Source: Eimeria praecox (taxonomy: Eukaryota). Taken from it: DNA of 64,000 bases. Each line of letters begins with the position of its first letter. Position 1 is the stretch's first letter. This document shows positions 48,349 through 61,040 of this stretch, in pieces. The DNA is taken from contig OY986950.1 of assembly GCA_963920595.1 (NCBI GenBank), forward strand, positions 4,402,001 to 4,466,000. Reading direction: 5' to 3'. The position numbers and the translations under genes are program-made. The notes under the pieces are model-generated. The model was not told the DNA's origin, did not search any database, and saw nothing but the letters and a program-made list of their open reading frames with translations.

Positions 48349-51173
48349 GGGGCATTTGCAGTATCTTCGACTCCTAAAATGATCTCGACGCATAGCCCAA
48401 TGGGTTCCATTGCGGAGGTTTCGTCAATCATAGGTTGTGAGCATTAATGTTGGTGTGAAAAGAGTCAGCAAATATGCCAATTTCTTTCCCTATTCGAGTT
48501 CAATCACTACAGGAAGGGTGGCCCATTAGTAACGCCTGAATAGTCTGTCATTCTTCAAAACGTATTATTGCCGTCATTGACCCGAATTCCAGCTTATCAG
48601 TGCTTTATGAAGCGAACTTGGTACGGGGCGTAGTATTGACCAACACGTGAACGGTAACACCCGATGGCAGACAGTCAAGCGGCATTCAAACACCTCATTC
48701 CTGTGTGGCGGTTTCGGCTCCTTTACCACAAAACTTCATCAAGCTGGCATACTTTCCTCCCTGTGGGAGTGGGGCTTCAATGAAACAATGCAATTCTCGC
48801 CCTTAGGTTCGCTAGCTTCTGTTGCCTACACCGAAACACCATTGCCTAACCAGACACTGGAACTGGTTGCCGAGAATGACGCCCGTATGCACGGACGTTT
48901 ACGCAGCCTGCAGCATCTCAAAAATGCATATGATAGGCAGAGGAATTCGAGGCAGGAAACTACTACAAGCGACGCTCGGCAACTACTTCTAACCTTGGCG
49001 GCTTGGTTTTAGGCAATTCGATTCGCATGCTCTGCGAAGCGCACAGGAGGGCGAGCTGACAAAACGTTTCGCTAAACCTTGTGTAATACTCTTTACGTCT
49101 CGTTCTGAGGTTACAGCCATAGCTTGTATTGTAGACTTCCCCTCAAAGTGTACTGATGTCTACTTTTCGAGCCTTCGGAAAATCGCAGTAATTCACCCTA
49201 AATACGCAGCAATGCCGTCCCAGCAAAGGGCGAATTGACAAGGCCAGGGGATATGGTGAATGCACGAGCAACGATGAGAAGAGCTTTCAAAAAACAAGAA
49301 TGTTACTTTATGTAATCAGGCGCGTGACAGACCTAGTGGATTCCTGAGGATCCTTTGGAAAAAGCAACTCCTCTGGAGCATCAACGCGACTTGCTGGGTT
49401 CTGCAGCAACGCCAACAAACTTAGGCTGGCACAAAGCAGATTAAAATTAAGCTGAGCAGAGACTTCTGTTTGTAGGTGCTCGGTCACCTGCATAGAGGGA
49501 CCCATATTTTTATATTTACGTGATTTCGTGAATTGGTTGCTTTTACAGGGTGATATTTACCCCTCCCCGTGCTCATGTTTGGATGGGCGGATCCGCCAGC
49601 AATACTTTCATTCGTTTCAAAATGTGGCAATGGTACACCTTTTTGGACTGACAGAAATCCCCCCCTCAAGCAAGGCTTGGCATTTGGCTTCGGCAGCAGG
49701 TTAATACAGAATTTTTTGTCAGGATGCTTGTGCTTTAAAGCGTTGCCCCCAACACAGGCTCAAAGCATAGAGCGTTAAACTGAGCAGCGGCCGCTTCACG
49801 GCCGCCACATCCAGATTCAGGTCGAAAGCAGCAGCGGCAAATATAAGCATCATCGGCATATTATTATGCTCCACGAGGGCGTGACCTGTTTGGATGGGAT
49901 GCAGCTGTAGCATGGCCCGCCTGTCGTTGGCGGCTTCCCAGATGACTGCATATCTTGAGCAGGTAGAGCCTCTACAAAACTTTGGGAAGAGTATTTAAGA
50001 TCCTACCCAGGGAAAGCGTCTTCAACAATAAAAAGAATTGCCAGTGTAAGGCCTCCCCGCATGGGGGCTGTGCTTGTAGATCCCTCCTGCCCCTTCCAAC
50101 CATGCCGTGCTACCAAGGGTAACGAGAGATCTCGGTCTTAGCCGTTGACTGCTGTGGGTTACAAAAGACGCAGCTGAGCCCACCTGTAGTATACACGCAT
50201 CCTGCGCAGAGTGGTACAAAGGCCTGGTGCTGGCGATGCCAACATGAGTTGCAGGACTCGTCCTGCTTTGAGGAAGAGCACTGCAGCGATTCACCATGCA
50301 GACATGCCCACCATCTCTTCGGATGCATGCCGCAGCACCACAGCTGCAGCATACAACTGTTAAAGACTAGCTTGGCCCTCAGTAGCCAATTTGCACGCAA
50401 GTAAAGCTGTGTAAAGCTGCATTTCGCCAACCTCCGGCAGATCATGTTATGCATGTCTAATGGCATGCATGCAAAGTGTGCATTTGCAATCGGTTTGTGT
50501 GCGACAGCGCAGCTGGCCCTGCAGGTGTAGCGGTTCGGTGTGAAAAGACAAAGGAGGCCTTTAGAGTGCCCGCCTCAGGTTCTCGTCCTCATACCAACCC
50601 TCCGCTGCTGTGTAAACCCGAAGGCGTATACCCAAATGTACTAAAGGAAGAGGGCTTTGGGAAGAGGGCAATCTACGCAATCTAGGCTGAAGAAGCATCA
50701 GATGCCTGCAAAACCTCTTCAAGAGGACAAACTTCAAACACAATCAAACGCGTAAAAGGGAAAGGGACAAGTTAAAAACTACGCCAAATGCAAAACAAGA
50801 ACAAGAAACGCTCCGCCCTGTTAATAAGGGAGGCAGCGCATTTCGCGATTCTCTCGGTGGGCTGAACACTGTTTAGGCATGCGGCATGATCCTTAGTGAA
50901 GCACAAACTGCACACATATGCACTAGGAAGAAGTGCACAACAGACAAGGCATGCATGAATTGCGGAAACAAATCACAGCAGACGCCCAAACTCCACAGCA
51001 TCATAGTAGTACATGCAGGCGGCGAGGGATTGCAGGAAACATAGAGAAGGGATATCCGCCTCCTTTCACATGGAGGCTTAAACCGCTGTTTGCTCAATGG
51101 TAGCTGGCTTTGCCCTCCGACCCCCTCCAACCCCCCGCGCGCCAACCCCCCGCGCGGGTACGAACAGATGAAG

Positions 51174-52999
51174 TCAACCGCCGCTGGCAGTCGCCTGCAA
51201 CTGGCCAGTGAAGAAGCCTGAGAAATACCAGGTCTGCAGAAGGTACTTGAGTGCATGCATTTGTTCACTGTCAAGACCCTTGGCAAGCCGCGCTGCTGCC
51301 AAGTGCACCTCCTCCCGTGCACGATTTACTGCAGCTTCTGGTTTGCTGCAAAGAGCTTTAGGTGGCACTAGGCACGCCAGTTGTGCCCACGTCCTCTCAA
51401 ATCGTGAGCATTGACTGCCCTCAATCGTACGCTGCTGCTGCGGTTGTTGCTGCTGCAGCGGCTGCTGCAGGTGCTCACCCTCCAGCATATTTTCCATCTG
51501 CGTATGCACCATCCAACGAACAGCCACGCGTGGATTAACTCTACAGAAGTCTCCGGACACAGACACTGCAGGTGGCAACAGCCACCCGACCTCATCGCAT
51601 TCCCCCAAGAGGCGAAGGTCATCTGCCCTCTTGCCCCCTTCTTCAGCTACCTGTATCGCGGCGGCAACAGCCGTTGGCTGCTGCTGCTGCTGTCGTTGCT
51701 GCTGCTGCAGATCTGCCCCCGCACGCCTTCCCAGCCCGTCCGCGAGGTGCGCCCCAACGCCACCACGATGCTGCCCGCCGAGAGGCCTCCCAGCGGCTGC
51801 TTCTGCCTCTCCCGATCCGTCAGCGTTGTAAAATCCAAAGATCTCAGGGCTGCTCAAGATGGCCTCCCGCAAACTGCCCAGGATACAAGGAAAGTGATCC
51901 CCTACACAAAGCAAAAAGACCCTTCGCCACGCATAAGCTCGCCGGCATGCCCCTGCTGCACCGTGCTGGCGCTACTGCTGCTACCTCTGCTGCTTTGCTC
52001 CTGCTATCAATGCTTGCTTCTACTGCAATGGAAGCCAAGAATGCGTGCGGCGCTACCAAAGCTGCGTGAAAGAGCGACAGAAGGAAAGATAACTGGCAAC
52101 GGCCAGCGGAAAACAGCAGCACCAGTCCCTTATGCAGACTCAATAACAATGACTAACTGCAGCCACTTACGCTTTAGGGAGGCAGCAAAATACGCTCGTA
52201 ATTCAGGGTCAATAGTATCAGCGACTGTTTTCCCCAGGTAGGCACTGCGCATACGTCGTGATCCGCTACCCGCCCCATAGTCTTCGTCTCCTGGCTGTCT
52301 CCGCTGCTGACCTGCATCCTCCGCCTTAACTGTCACTTCAGCAGGGAAGCCGAAAGGCCCTGCTTTGGGGCACTCCTCCTCTGGGATGAGGTTGGAGTTG
52401 TGGGCACACTCAGAAAAACTCTCCTGCGCATCCAAAGGGTCATAAAGGCCCTCTACGTCCTCCGCAGTCGCTCCCTCAGTCAGCTGTAAATTACGTCACA
52501 ACACCACATTCAGACACACTGGTGCACTTGCATTCTTTTAAGCATGCGTGTTCCCTTATATATGTTACGATCTTATGAGAGTACAGTTCCAATTATGCCA
52601 CCTGCGCGCCAACGAGTTGCCGGTGGCGCAGCTGTCTACATACTGCTCAATGCAGTCACGGCCTCTAACGCCTGCTGCCTAATGTAAGGCTAGGACGACC
52701 GAGGCACCCACCGAATGCGAAGAAGCGAGCTGGGCAAAGAAGGAGGCAAGGGCATCGGCCTCTGCTTCGGCGGCAGCCTCGTGCGCACACCAACTGGCAG
52801 AAGCGGAAGTTATCACGTCCGCTGCAATCGCCTCGCCGTCCTCCATCCATGGCTCACTCATATCGCTATTGGCGCCCTCCATAAAGTCGCAGCTGCATTC
52901 GCCATTGTCCACTTCTTCTGCACCCTCAGCAGCAGCTGCTGCTGCTGACGCTGCTGCTGCTGCTGTGATCATTGCTGGTGCGGCGGCAGCTGCAGCCAT
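51174..52999 (-). CDS. Putative SMN (survival motor neuron)-like protein with C-terminal YG-box (spliced)
   Basis: The C-terminus ALKYLLQTWYFSGFFTGQLQA* fits the SMN YG-box (cf. human SMLISWYMSGYHTGYY). Upstream exons at ~52170-52485 and ~52712-52999 have GT-AG junctions. The start codon is uncertain. Confidence 0.6.
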
Positions 53000-54378
53000 C
53001 CCTACCGGCTCAGCTTCACCCCCAAGGGGAGATAGCACCTCTTGACCCCCAGAAGGAGAGCCTTGACACGTTTCAATTCCCTGTGAACCGGCACTGTACG
53101 CGTTACAGGCTGAACTGTGAGGAGCGTGCATTATACGTACGGCTCCCAACGCAACTCAAGAAATAGGGCCTTGCCTTGGCTTCTTTTGCAGCGGTGAGCG
53201 CCAGGCCATTGAAAGACTTGCCCAGAGTGGGTCTCTGGCAACGTTAGCGGTACTAAGCTGTCTCGCCCTCCCTGCAGTGGGCCAAGGGGTGTGCGACCGC
53301 CCGCCCCCTTGGCCCGATTTCTCTGTGAAGGGAAGCGCCAACCCTGAAACATATGATATCAACTGATTGCGTGTTGGGTGTAAATTGAAAAGAGAAAACC
53401 GTGAGGAAGTCCAAGACGGCTGAGTGGCTCGTCCTTGGGCTGTGGGGCTCGAGCAGCTTTTGGTTGACCAGTGGAAGAGGAGATATCCTACGCGTGATTT
53501 CTGCCTGCAAGTTTTGGGTGTACTTTGAAGAGGGCACAAATGTCTTGTTCACTGAACAAGCACAGATGCACGGAAGACGCAGGCCGAACACCTGCTTCGA
53601 TTTCCCGCCTGCGGGCAAACAGATAAACAGCAAGAAATGGGCAGTAGCGGTTTTGTATGTCTTGTTGCTAATTAAAACTGCGTGTAGTGTACATGAAAAT
53701 ACGTCATTGTGGTATTTGAGCAGCTATCACTCGTATTTCTTCTCAGGCGTATGCACAACCTACCCTCGCCGTTTTTTTGCGAGTCCGCAACCTCACCTGT
53801 GAAACCGGTGCTGCAACGGGGCCTGTTACAGCTCCTTTTCGTTATTTTCCTTTATTTCAGGTATATCTGGAGATATTCCCGCGTTCCTATCTCACTAGCT
53901 ATCGCAACACTAGGTGACTGAGGTTCAGCCACAAGGGCAGCGGCTCACTGCTGCGGATAGCAGTTAGCGCCGTGCGCAGGCAAGACAGATAATAATAAGT
54001 ATATCTTATTTCTATGTGGGATTCTCATGCCTAATATGCCATTAATAAATTTTCTGTGCTTCCGCAGCTCTGTGTTCAGTACAGCATCGAACAATAACGC
54101 TCACCACTAGACTGAGCTCTCAAACTGGTAGCCGCAGAACTGTCTTTGCATCTCAGTGGACCTCAGCACTTCCACTAATACCACCTTCTACCTTTTTGCT
54201 TGCAGCCTTATCCTCCATTTACCCCGATAAAGCCGGCTGTTAACTAATACGAAAAGGCCCCGCATACAACTATGGGGAGCCCGGCCTTAAAGGGGGGCTT
54301 TGGAAGGAGTTGTTAAGTGCTGCTCGCGGAACTCTTTTTCGTGATAGAAGGGGATCGGTGTTACCTCACAGTGCTAAA

Positions 54379-55795
54379 ATGGAGATGCAGATGACTTTTT
54401 ACTGGGGCTACGATGCCACTATTCTTTTCCCGTGAGGCTTCCTACCAACTGCCTCTCGGTCTCATGTTTTCGTTGGCTGAATGGGCCCACGTGCGTTTGC
54501 CGAATGTACTTCTTGTACAGATGCTTCTAACTGTTGTGCAGCATGCTTGTTGAACTGCTCCCCGCAGGTGGTGGGAAACGTCGACGGCCCTCAATTTTTA
54601 TCTGTCGTGTCTTTGCATTTTCGCCTTGTGTCTTGGCAGGTCTGTGACAGATGCCAATGGTAAAGTAACCTTATTGGTATAAGCTTACGTCCTCGTCCCC
54701 TCTCACTTACCCTTACGTTGAATGGAGACAGCCTGCTGCATCCGGAGAAACCCCGGGTGTGGTGTGGCATCAGTCAGTCCTGATTTGTTGCCTTAATGAA
54801 TTGAAGGTTGAGGGTCAAGGCAACACGATGTGATGCCAATCTTTTTTTGCGCAGCGCCAAGCTGAAGGCCATTTGCCGTGATTTGCAGCGTGGGAGTGCC
54901 GACGCTGGCCCCGCACGTCCAGTGGTGCAGGAGGTTTGTTCCGAAGGTTCTGTGGCGACAGCGAGTGGAGGCTCTACCGAAATGAACGGCTTACCAAGTG
55001 TTATGACAGCAGAAGGCGGCAGGTGGCCAGCAGCGCCGCCGCTTCTGCAAGGACCGGGTTTACAATCTCTGTACAACTTGCAGCCGGGAGCCTGGACCCG
55101 GGTTTCTGGCACCCGTACGTATAGTTATTCCCTACCCTGTGACTCATTGAATCCCCAGTGCCGTAGACGGGAAGCAAGTGCAATCTTAAGTCGTGGTATT
55201 TTTGTGTGTGCTGCAGGACCCGCCGAAGAAAGCCGCTGCTGTTTGGGGGCGAAGCCTTTGGCAGTTTGGTAATTTGCGAGCTGTACTCTTTAAAGCTCCA
55301 TTAAAGCAAAGACGAGACAATGTTACGGTTTGCCTGAAGATTGGTGATATTCTGATCAATATGTCGGAAAGGTGGTCATGCATTCATGCTGCTTAGCTTT
55401 TTGTCGTGTAGAGCTATTTCGGCCTTCTGCGATTCCTGTTCTACTGCCACTAGTTGCATGCGTTTCGTTGCAGAACATATTCACACTCACGATGCTTGTT
55501 ATTCTAACCTGTTGGTGCTGTTCACGCTTCCAGTTGTCTGTTGCAGGCGGTTCGTGGTGCTTCGCTGGCTTGTTTGGCTGGTGCACATGCTGCAGTTCGT
55601 TGCCTGTTCGGGTTGCATTTCAGGGCTCTCTTGTGCATAGCCGTAGCGATTGACTGGGGCATGATGCTGGTGTGCATGACCTTCAACGCGGGCCTCTTCT
55701 GCGCAGTTGTTGGTGGCGTCGCGACTGGCCAACTGCTAACTGAACGCGGGGCCCCGCGGGTAGGGGATTGCTGTTCCGGCCCTGCTCACAGCTGA
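54379..55795 (+). CDS. Ctr-family copper transporter (spliced)
   Basis: N-terminal MEMQMTFYWGYDATILFP/WWET. C-terminal MMLVCMTFNAGLFCAVVGGVATG contains the MxxxM-x12-GxxxG signature. Confidence 0.9.
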
Positions 55796-56897
55796 GGAAA
55801 AGGGGTAGGGGCAGGGCACTTCTTCGTTTTTTCGATGTATGTACACCCACGCCAACAGTAATCCTTGTCATACACAAGTCATACGATTAATTTGTGTTGG
55901 CGGAAGCTAGCAGCCGAGCCCAACGACGAGCCATGATCCAGCATGACTGATGTGCGCAAGACGCAACAGAAGCATAGAGAACAATGAGCAACCAAGCAGT
56001 ACATGGGGGTAAACATGTAATGGGATTCCCAGTGGAGCATTTGCAAAGGCTTGCCCTAATGCATTTCATCGTCTGCATACTGCACACCGCAGCGGCTGGA
56101 GTTAGGGCTAGAAGCCGCTAACCCTGGCGTTTTGCTGCCTGTCTTTCTCCGTATTAAACTGGTAATGACGGAGATATGCATAATCTCCTGTCTCCGGCTA
56201 ATGGGGCGTACAGCCCGATGAAGGCTTCGTTTTATGGTTTTACGGACAAAAATCACTTAGTTCATTTGAAGCTGCCCCAGTTGTTTATCTCGGCGTAAAG
56301 CCACGGGGTCTTGCGCAGTTGCCCTGCCATTCCTGAACAGGAGCCGCGCGAGAGCCTTCTCCCCTCCTCGGTATGTTCTTCCTAGGGGCACGAGGGAAGA
56401 ACACAATCTAACCACTAGTGAGTGCTCTGTTACGTAAACGAGGTACCATGCAACGCATACGATTGCTCTGCTGAATAAATAATGTGCTTACAAATTTTTT
56501 CTTGACGGACGGAAGGAGTGCGGACGAAGCCGGCCGCTGTTACATACAGCTTTGCCTGCTACAACACTCAGCCCTTTTCCCACAGCGCTACTGCAGGTCT
56601 TAGGTTTACCCTTTACGATTTACACAGCTGTGGGGGGCCGCTATGAAGGACAAAAATGTGCCAAGGCCATTGCACAGTCTCCGCGTCTCTTCACACGGCC
56701 CGAAAGCACTCGCAGGAGCAATAACGCCGGTTCACAAAACCCAACTACGAAAGCACACTGTGCAGAGGCGCGAGTACGCCTTCCTTCTCTGCTAACATCC
56801 CAGCAAGCGCCTCATCCACGCTGGAGGAGCAAAGATCGTCGCGGGAGAACCAACAAACGGAATGTAGTGCACTCCAGCATACGGCCCATTTGGCTTT

Positions 56898-59800
56898 TCA
56901 CGGCGCCGCTCCGGTCACTAAACAAGTGCCTAAAGGCAGAACAAGTTGAAGATCGTCGCCCTGCTGTGACCGATCCGGCCTGCCGCCCACTATTTGTCGT
57001 TGTTTTTCTTCGTCTAGCTTTTGTGCCCGCTTTTCTGAATGCCTTAGGTGCCTACAATTAAGCATTTGTGGGTACTCACGTTCGATGTACTCGAGAAGCC
57101 ACTTCATGTCGATGAGAAGCAGCTTGAGGGCCTTAGTCCACCTTTCGTCCTGGTTTAGCTGTAAACGAATGCTGAAGCCCCCCACTCTGTCGCCTGCGCA
57201 CAACCACATACAAGCAAGCACGACCCTCTCTGCGGGCCCCTAAAGGAACTCATTTCATTTCCTACAACATGCTGCGTATAGTTTAAGCGTTTGGGATACA
57301 GAGCCTAGGTACAGCAGACCCTCGATTTCATAAGGAAGTTCGGGAAACGGCAGCAGGCGGTAGATGGTTTTCTCTTTGCTGCGGTCCTCCGCTGCACTGA
57401 CAAGTAAGTCAAAGAGCTGCAGCGCGCATTGTGCACAAACAAACATGCCAATGAATCCCCAAGGTTCAATCGTCATGCAGAATTAGTAGCAGTAGTAGTT
57501 ACAGCAGTGGCAGTGGTGGCAACAGCTGCAACAGCACCGCAAGAGCCGCACGTCCAACAGCAATTCGGCTGAGTTACCTCTTTAACGCATTCCAGGTACG
57601 CTATCATGGCTGAGTCAAAGCGTTTGTTGGTGTAGAAAAAGCGGCTCAACCCAACTTCCCCGCCGCCGCCGTGCAGCGGAAGGACAGCACCATCTTTCTT
57701 TCTTCTCGACAGAAGCCACAAGCAAGTACACTTTAACCGAAACGATAATGGAGCACATATACGCAAATGCAGCCACAGGAACGCTAGATGAACCATCGGG
57801 ATAGGCGTATGCGCGCCCGCCTACAGCCACCTACACGCTCCTTCTGGCTGATGCAATCACGTGTTTTCACTCTAACGTTCATTGTATTCTCAACTCCGGG
57901 CGGGTTGAGATACTAACCTAACCAGCATCCCTGCCCCCAGACAGATTGCAAACCTAACCGCCAAGCCGTACGCCTACGCTCTAAAACCTAAACGCTAAAC
58001 CTGGACATGAGCTGTGCAAATTCTTGCCTGATGAGGAAGGAGAATTGTCCTCTAGGCACAAGTCGATAGTTAGACGGGTGTGTTTGACACTTGCGGTAGA
58101 AGACGTCTAGCAGCATGCACAAATAACCCCAACCCGTGTTGACTTCAGCCCAAGACGGGCACGATGGTGAAGAGATCCGTCCTAAGAACACAGCGGACCA
58201 ACAATTCCTGTGATGACTGTGCCTCGATCTGTCTTGCTGTCAAAGCCCACAATGTGCTCTTCTTCGTGCGGCTGCCTTTTTTTCATGCTTCTGCTGCATT
58301 TGCTTCGCTCAATTCCAGCTCATGCTTTAGCCGTCTATTTGCCCATATGCCATCACTTGGCCTTTCTGTCCCCGTTTCGCTTCTGCTTAAACCTTCACCT
58401 CAAGTGCAAATATCTTCTTCCTCCCTGTGTTGGCGCAACAGCCGCTCTTGCGCGTCTGTTGCCAACTTGTGGCCCAGCAACAGCAGCTTTGCCCGTATCT
58501 GCTTGCAGAAGCTGCTACTTTCTGCGTTTATTCGCGCTTAACCGCACGCACGGGTTTGCCTCACCGATTCTGCACTTGTTTATAGAGGGCAGAAACTTGT
58601 ATGTCCAGATGTGGAAGGCGTCTGTGACTACATTCAGTCGTTTCAATCGCCGCAGCTCTGACCCAATATACACGAACAAGCGTTCCATCGCTCTTTTCCT
58701 CTGGTCAAATGCACGTCCAGGATGGCACACGCAAATCGCTTCCCACGATATATTTGCAGTAGAAATGGGATGCATTTACAACGACATTCCATGAGCCTTC
58801 GAGATACCATGAGGCACTAATACGAAAGCAGGATGAACAACGTAGAGTATAAGCGCATGTACAATGAACAAGGGCATGTAGAACGAACAAAGGCATGCAA
58901 ACACCGATGAAGGGCAAATGATGCAAATGGCCGTGTCACTGTCATTGTTATGAAGCAACATGTGCGTATGGCTGGGCTCGATCCACCATGCATTGAAGGA
59001 TCCCGTTAAGGTGGCATTCCATTTGGCCGCAATAAGAAAGGCATAAAAGCAGGCTTAGCGGTTCACCTCTGCATGACGCGTCATGCGAAGCCAGTTGTGT
59101 GTGTACAACAACCAAAATTCAACATGCCACATATGCAGCTCCGCGAGCTCGGCAACAATTGAGCGCTTTTGTGCTTCTTTTTGGGCCATAGATGCCTCAA
59201 TTGATGATATTTCCGCCTCCAATTTCCTCTCCTCTTCCTCCAGCTGTCGCATCTCCGCCAATGTAGAAACCGCACCACCTGCTGCCCCTTCTGCCGCAGT
59301 CTGCTCTTGTGTCGGCGAGGCTCGCGCAAGGGATCGCCGCTGCAGCCTTCTCAGCGCCTTTTCATATTTTCGCACGAGGCGCTTCTCGTGGGCAGTCGAT
59401 GGCTCGACTTCCGCTATAGAAGCATCTAAACAAGCAACACAAAGAGGATACATCATCTCTGAATCTACTGCTGCGCAGTCCTCTGGTACGGGAGGGCCGC
59501 TGGAATCCGCCGGGTCGGCGAAGGGAGAAGGAGCGCTCGAGCCTGCTAATAAGGTTCCACTTTCGTTGGTTGACGACGGAGGAGGCTGCAGCAGCTGGTG
59601 CAGCTCTTGCTGCAGCGGCCGCTGCAATGGAGCAGATGCCTCCGCATCGTCTTTAGGCTGAAGCGTCGCAGCGGCTTCATTTTGATATAATTGGCCCTCT
59701 GGGATGCTGCAGCGCTGCACACGGAGAGGATGTTCTGCGCCTGCAGGCGACGACACTTCCCTCTTCAGTTGCCTGCCTGTCTGTAGTGGTGTGCTCAACA

Positions 59801-59903
59801 AATGGGTACTACTATCCAGGACGACGACTACGTGGCGGGAGCAGCTCTCGCATACGAAGGAAGCTGTGGGAAGCGGCTGCACCTGACTACTCATCGACTC
59901 CAT
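56898..59903 (-). CDS. ATG6: Atg6/Beclin-1/Vps30 homologue (spliced)
   Basis: FVCESC, YPLCVACL and a coiled coil, then LKRLNVVTDAFHIW, INKCRIG, WAEVNTGWG, YRLVPRG, RFDSAMIAYLEC, LPYEIE and ERWTKALKLLLIDMKW (BARA domain). The 3' end is uncertain because of a possible donor at ~57080. Confidence 0.9.
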
Positions 59904-61040
59904 ATCTCTCTTCCGCAAGGCCAAGATTCGAGTGTGCTCATACCGCTTGCGCAACTCGCGCAGGCGCAGCGGCAAGCGCTCACTGCTGCATGCAGGAGGC
60001 GGATAGAAATGCTCTGCAGTGTTAATATCTTCTCAAAAAGCATGGGGGAAATAGTCATCTCATGAGGACAGAAGACCTCGAGCATTAATACGCGGTGACT
60101 CCGCTGTCACCCGTGCAAGGCCTAGCCCGGCAAGAATGCTAGCAATACGAAGCCTGTAACGAAATGTGAGGGTTTTTGGAGGGTTTGGGAGGTAAGTGTA
60201 CTATTCCTTCTAGATGAGGTAAGCGATTAGCAAAGGAATGCAACTGTCACTCCTGGGGCTGCCGGCGGCGCTGTGTTGCGCCGGAGGGAGGGCCCGACCA
60301 TTCATGGGCCTTGGATCAAATTGGTCTACCCGGTTGTGGCTCGATACCCTTCTTCTAAATAACCACTTCTAAACTCTAATCTTTCATAATGCGCGTTGCC
60401 GCTGTGCAGCTATAGACAAACGCACGGAGCGGTCATTAGTCATCCTTTTATACGGCTTTCTGGCGGACCCACCAGGGCGGTACTTGCACAGGAGAGGATA
60501 CGGCGTCAGTAAACCAAAATACCTTTCGGGTTTGGGGTGTACGCTCTCCTAATAGACCATCATAGCCTATAATAGGCAGCCCATGGGAGCATAGCATCGC
60601 ATCCCACCGCCTTGCGGATTGGGATCTGTTGGTTCCTCGAAAATGAAACTCACAGACGGAGCGCCTCCTGCCCAAATGGGCATGATGAGCTTTTCTGCAG
60701 TGCCTAAGACCCCCCCAAAGCCTCTTCAGCCTCGCCTTGTACCGGACTGCGGACTGTCGCCCGATAGCCGAACTGGTGGGCGCAGCGCTTATCACCTAAC
60801 CGCATAGGCGCTTCGGTTCCTCCTCCTTTTAATAGATCGACATAAAACACCTCATCCTGTTCTGTCCTGCATGTGCCACCTGCCTCGAGTAATGGCTTCA
60901 TTCACACCGCACGCGAAGGCCCTTCAAGCCCATTGCCGCGGTTTGCTGCCGGCTGGCGGGCTAGCCCTCCATGAATTTTGTGGAGCAGAGCTGATTTTGT
61001 CTGTTGCTGATTACTTTCGTGCGTGCCTGCAGGCTTGGGG

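Noticed and set aside
48057..48431. Short ORFs of 64-116 aa
   Set aside because: They overlap the E4 5' LTR and are chance ORFs.
48647..50470. Possible spliced gene on either strand
   Set aside because: No recognisable motif or consistent exon chain could be assembled.
51425..52995. CAG/GCA trinucleotide runs
   Set aside because: Short poly-Gln/Ala tracts that are typical of coccidian coding sequence.
57910..58002. Telomere-like (AAACCCT-related) units in an Atg6 intron
   Set aside because: Only a few degenerate, non-tandem units, not a real array.
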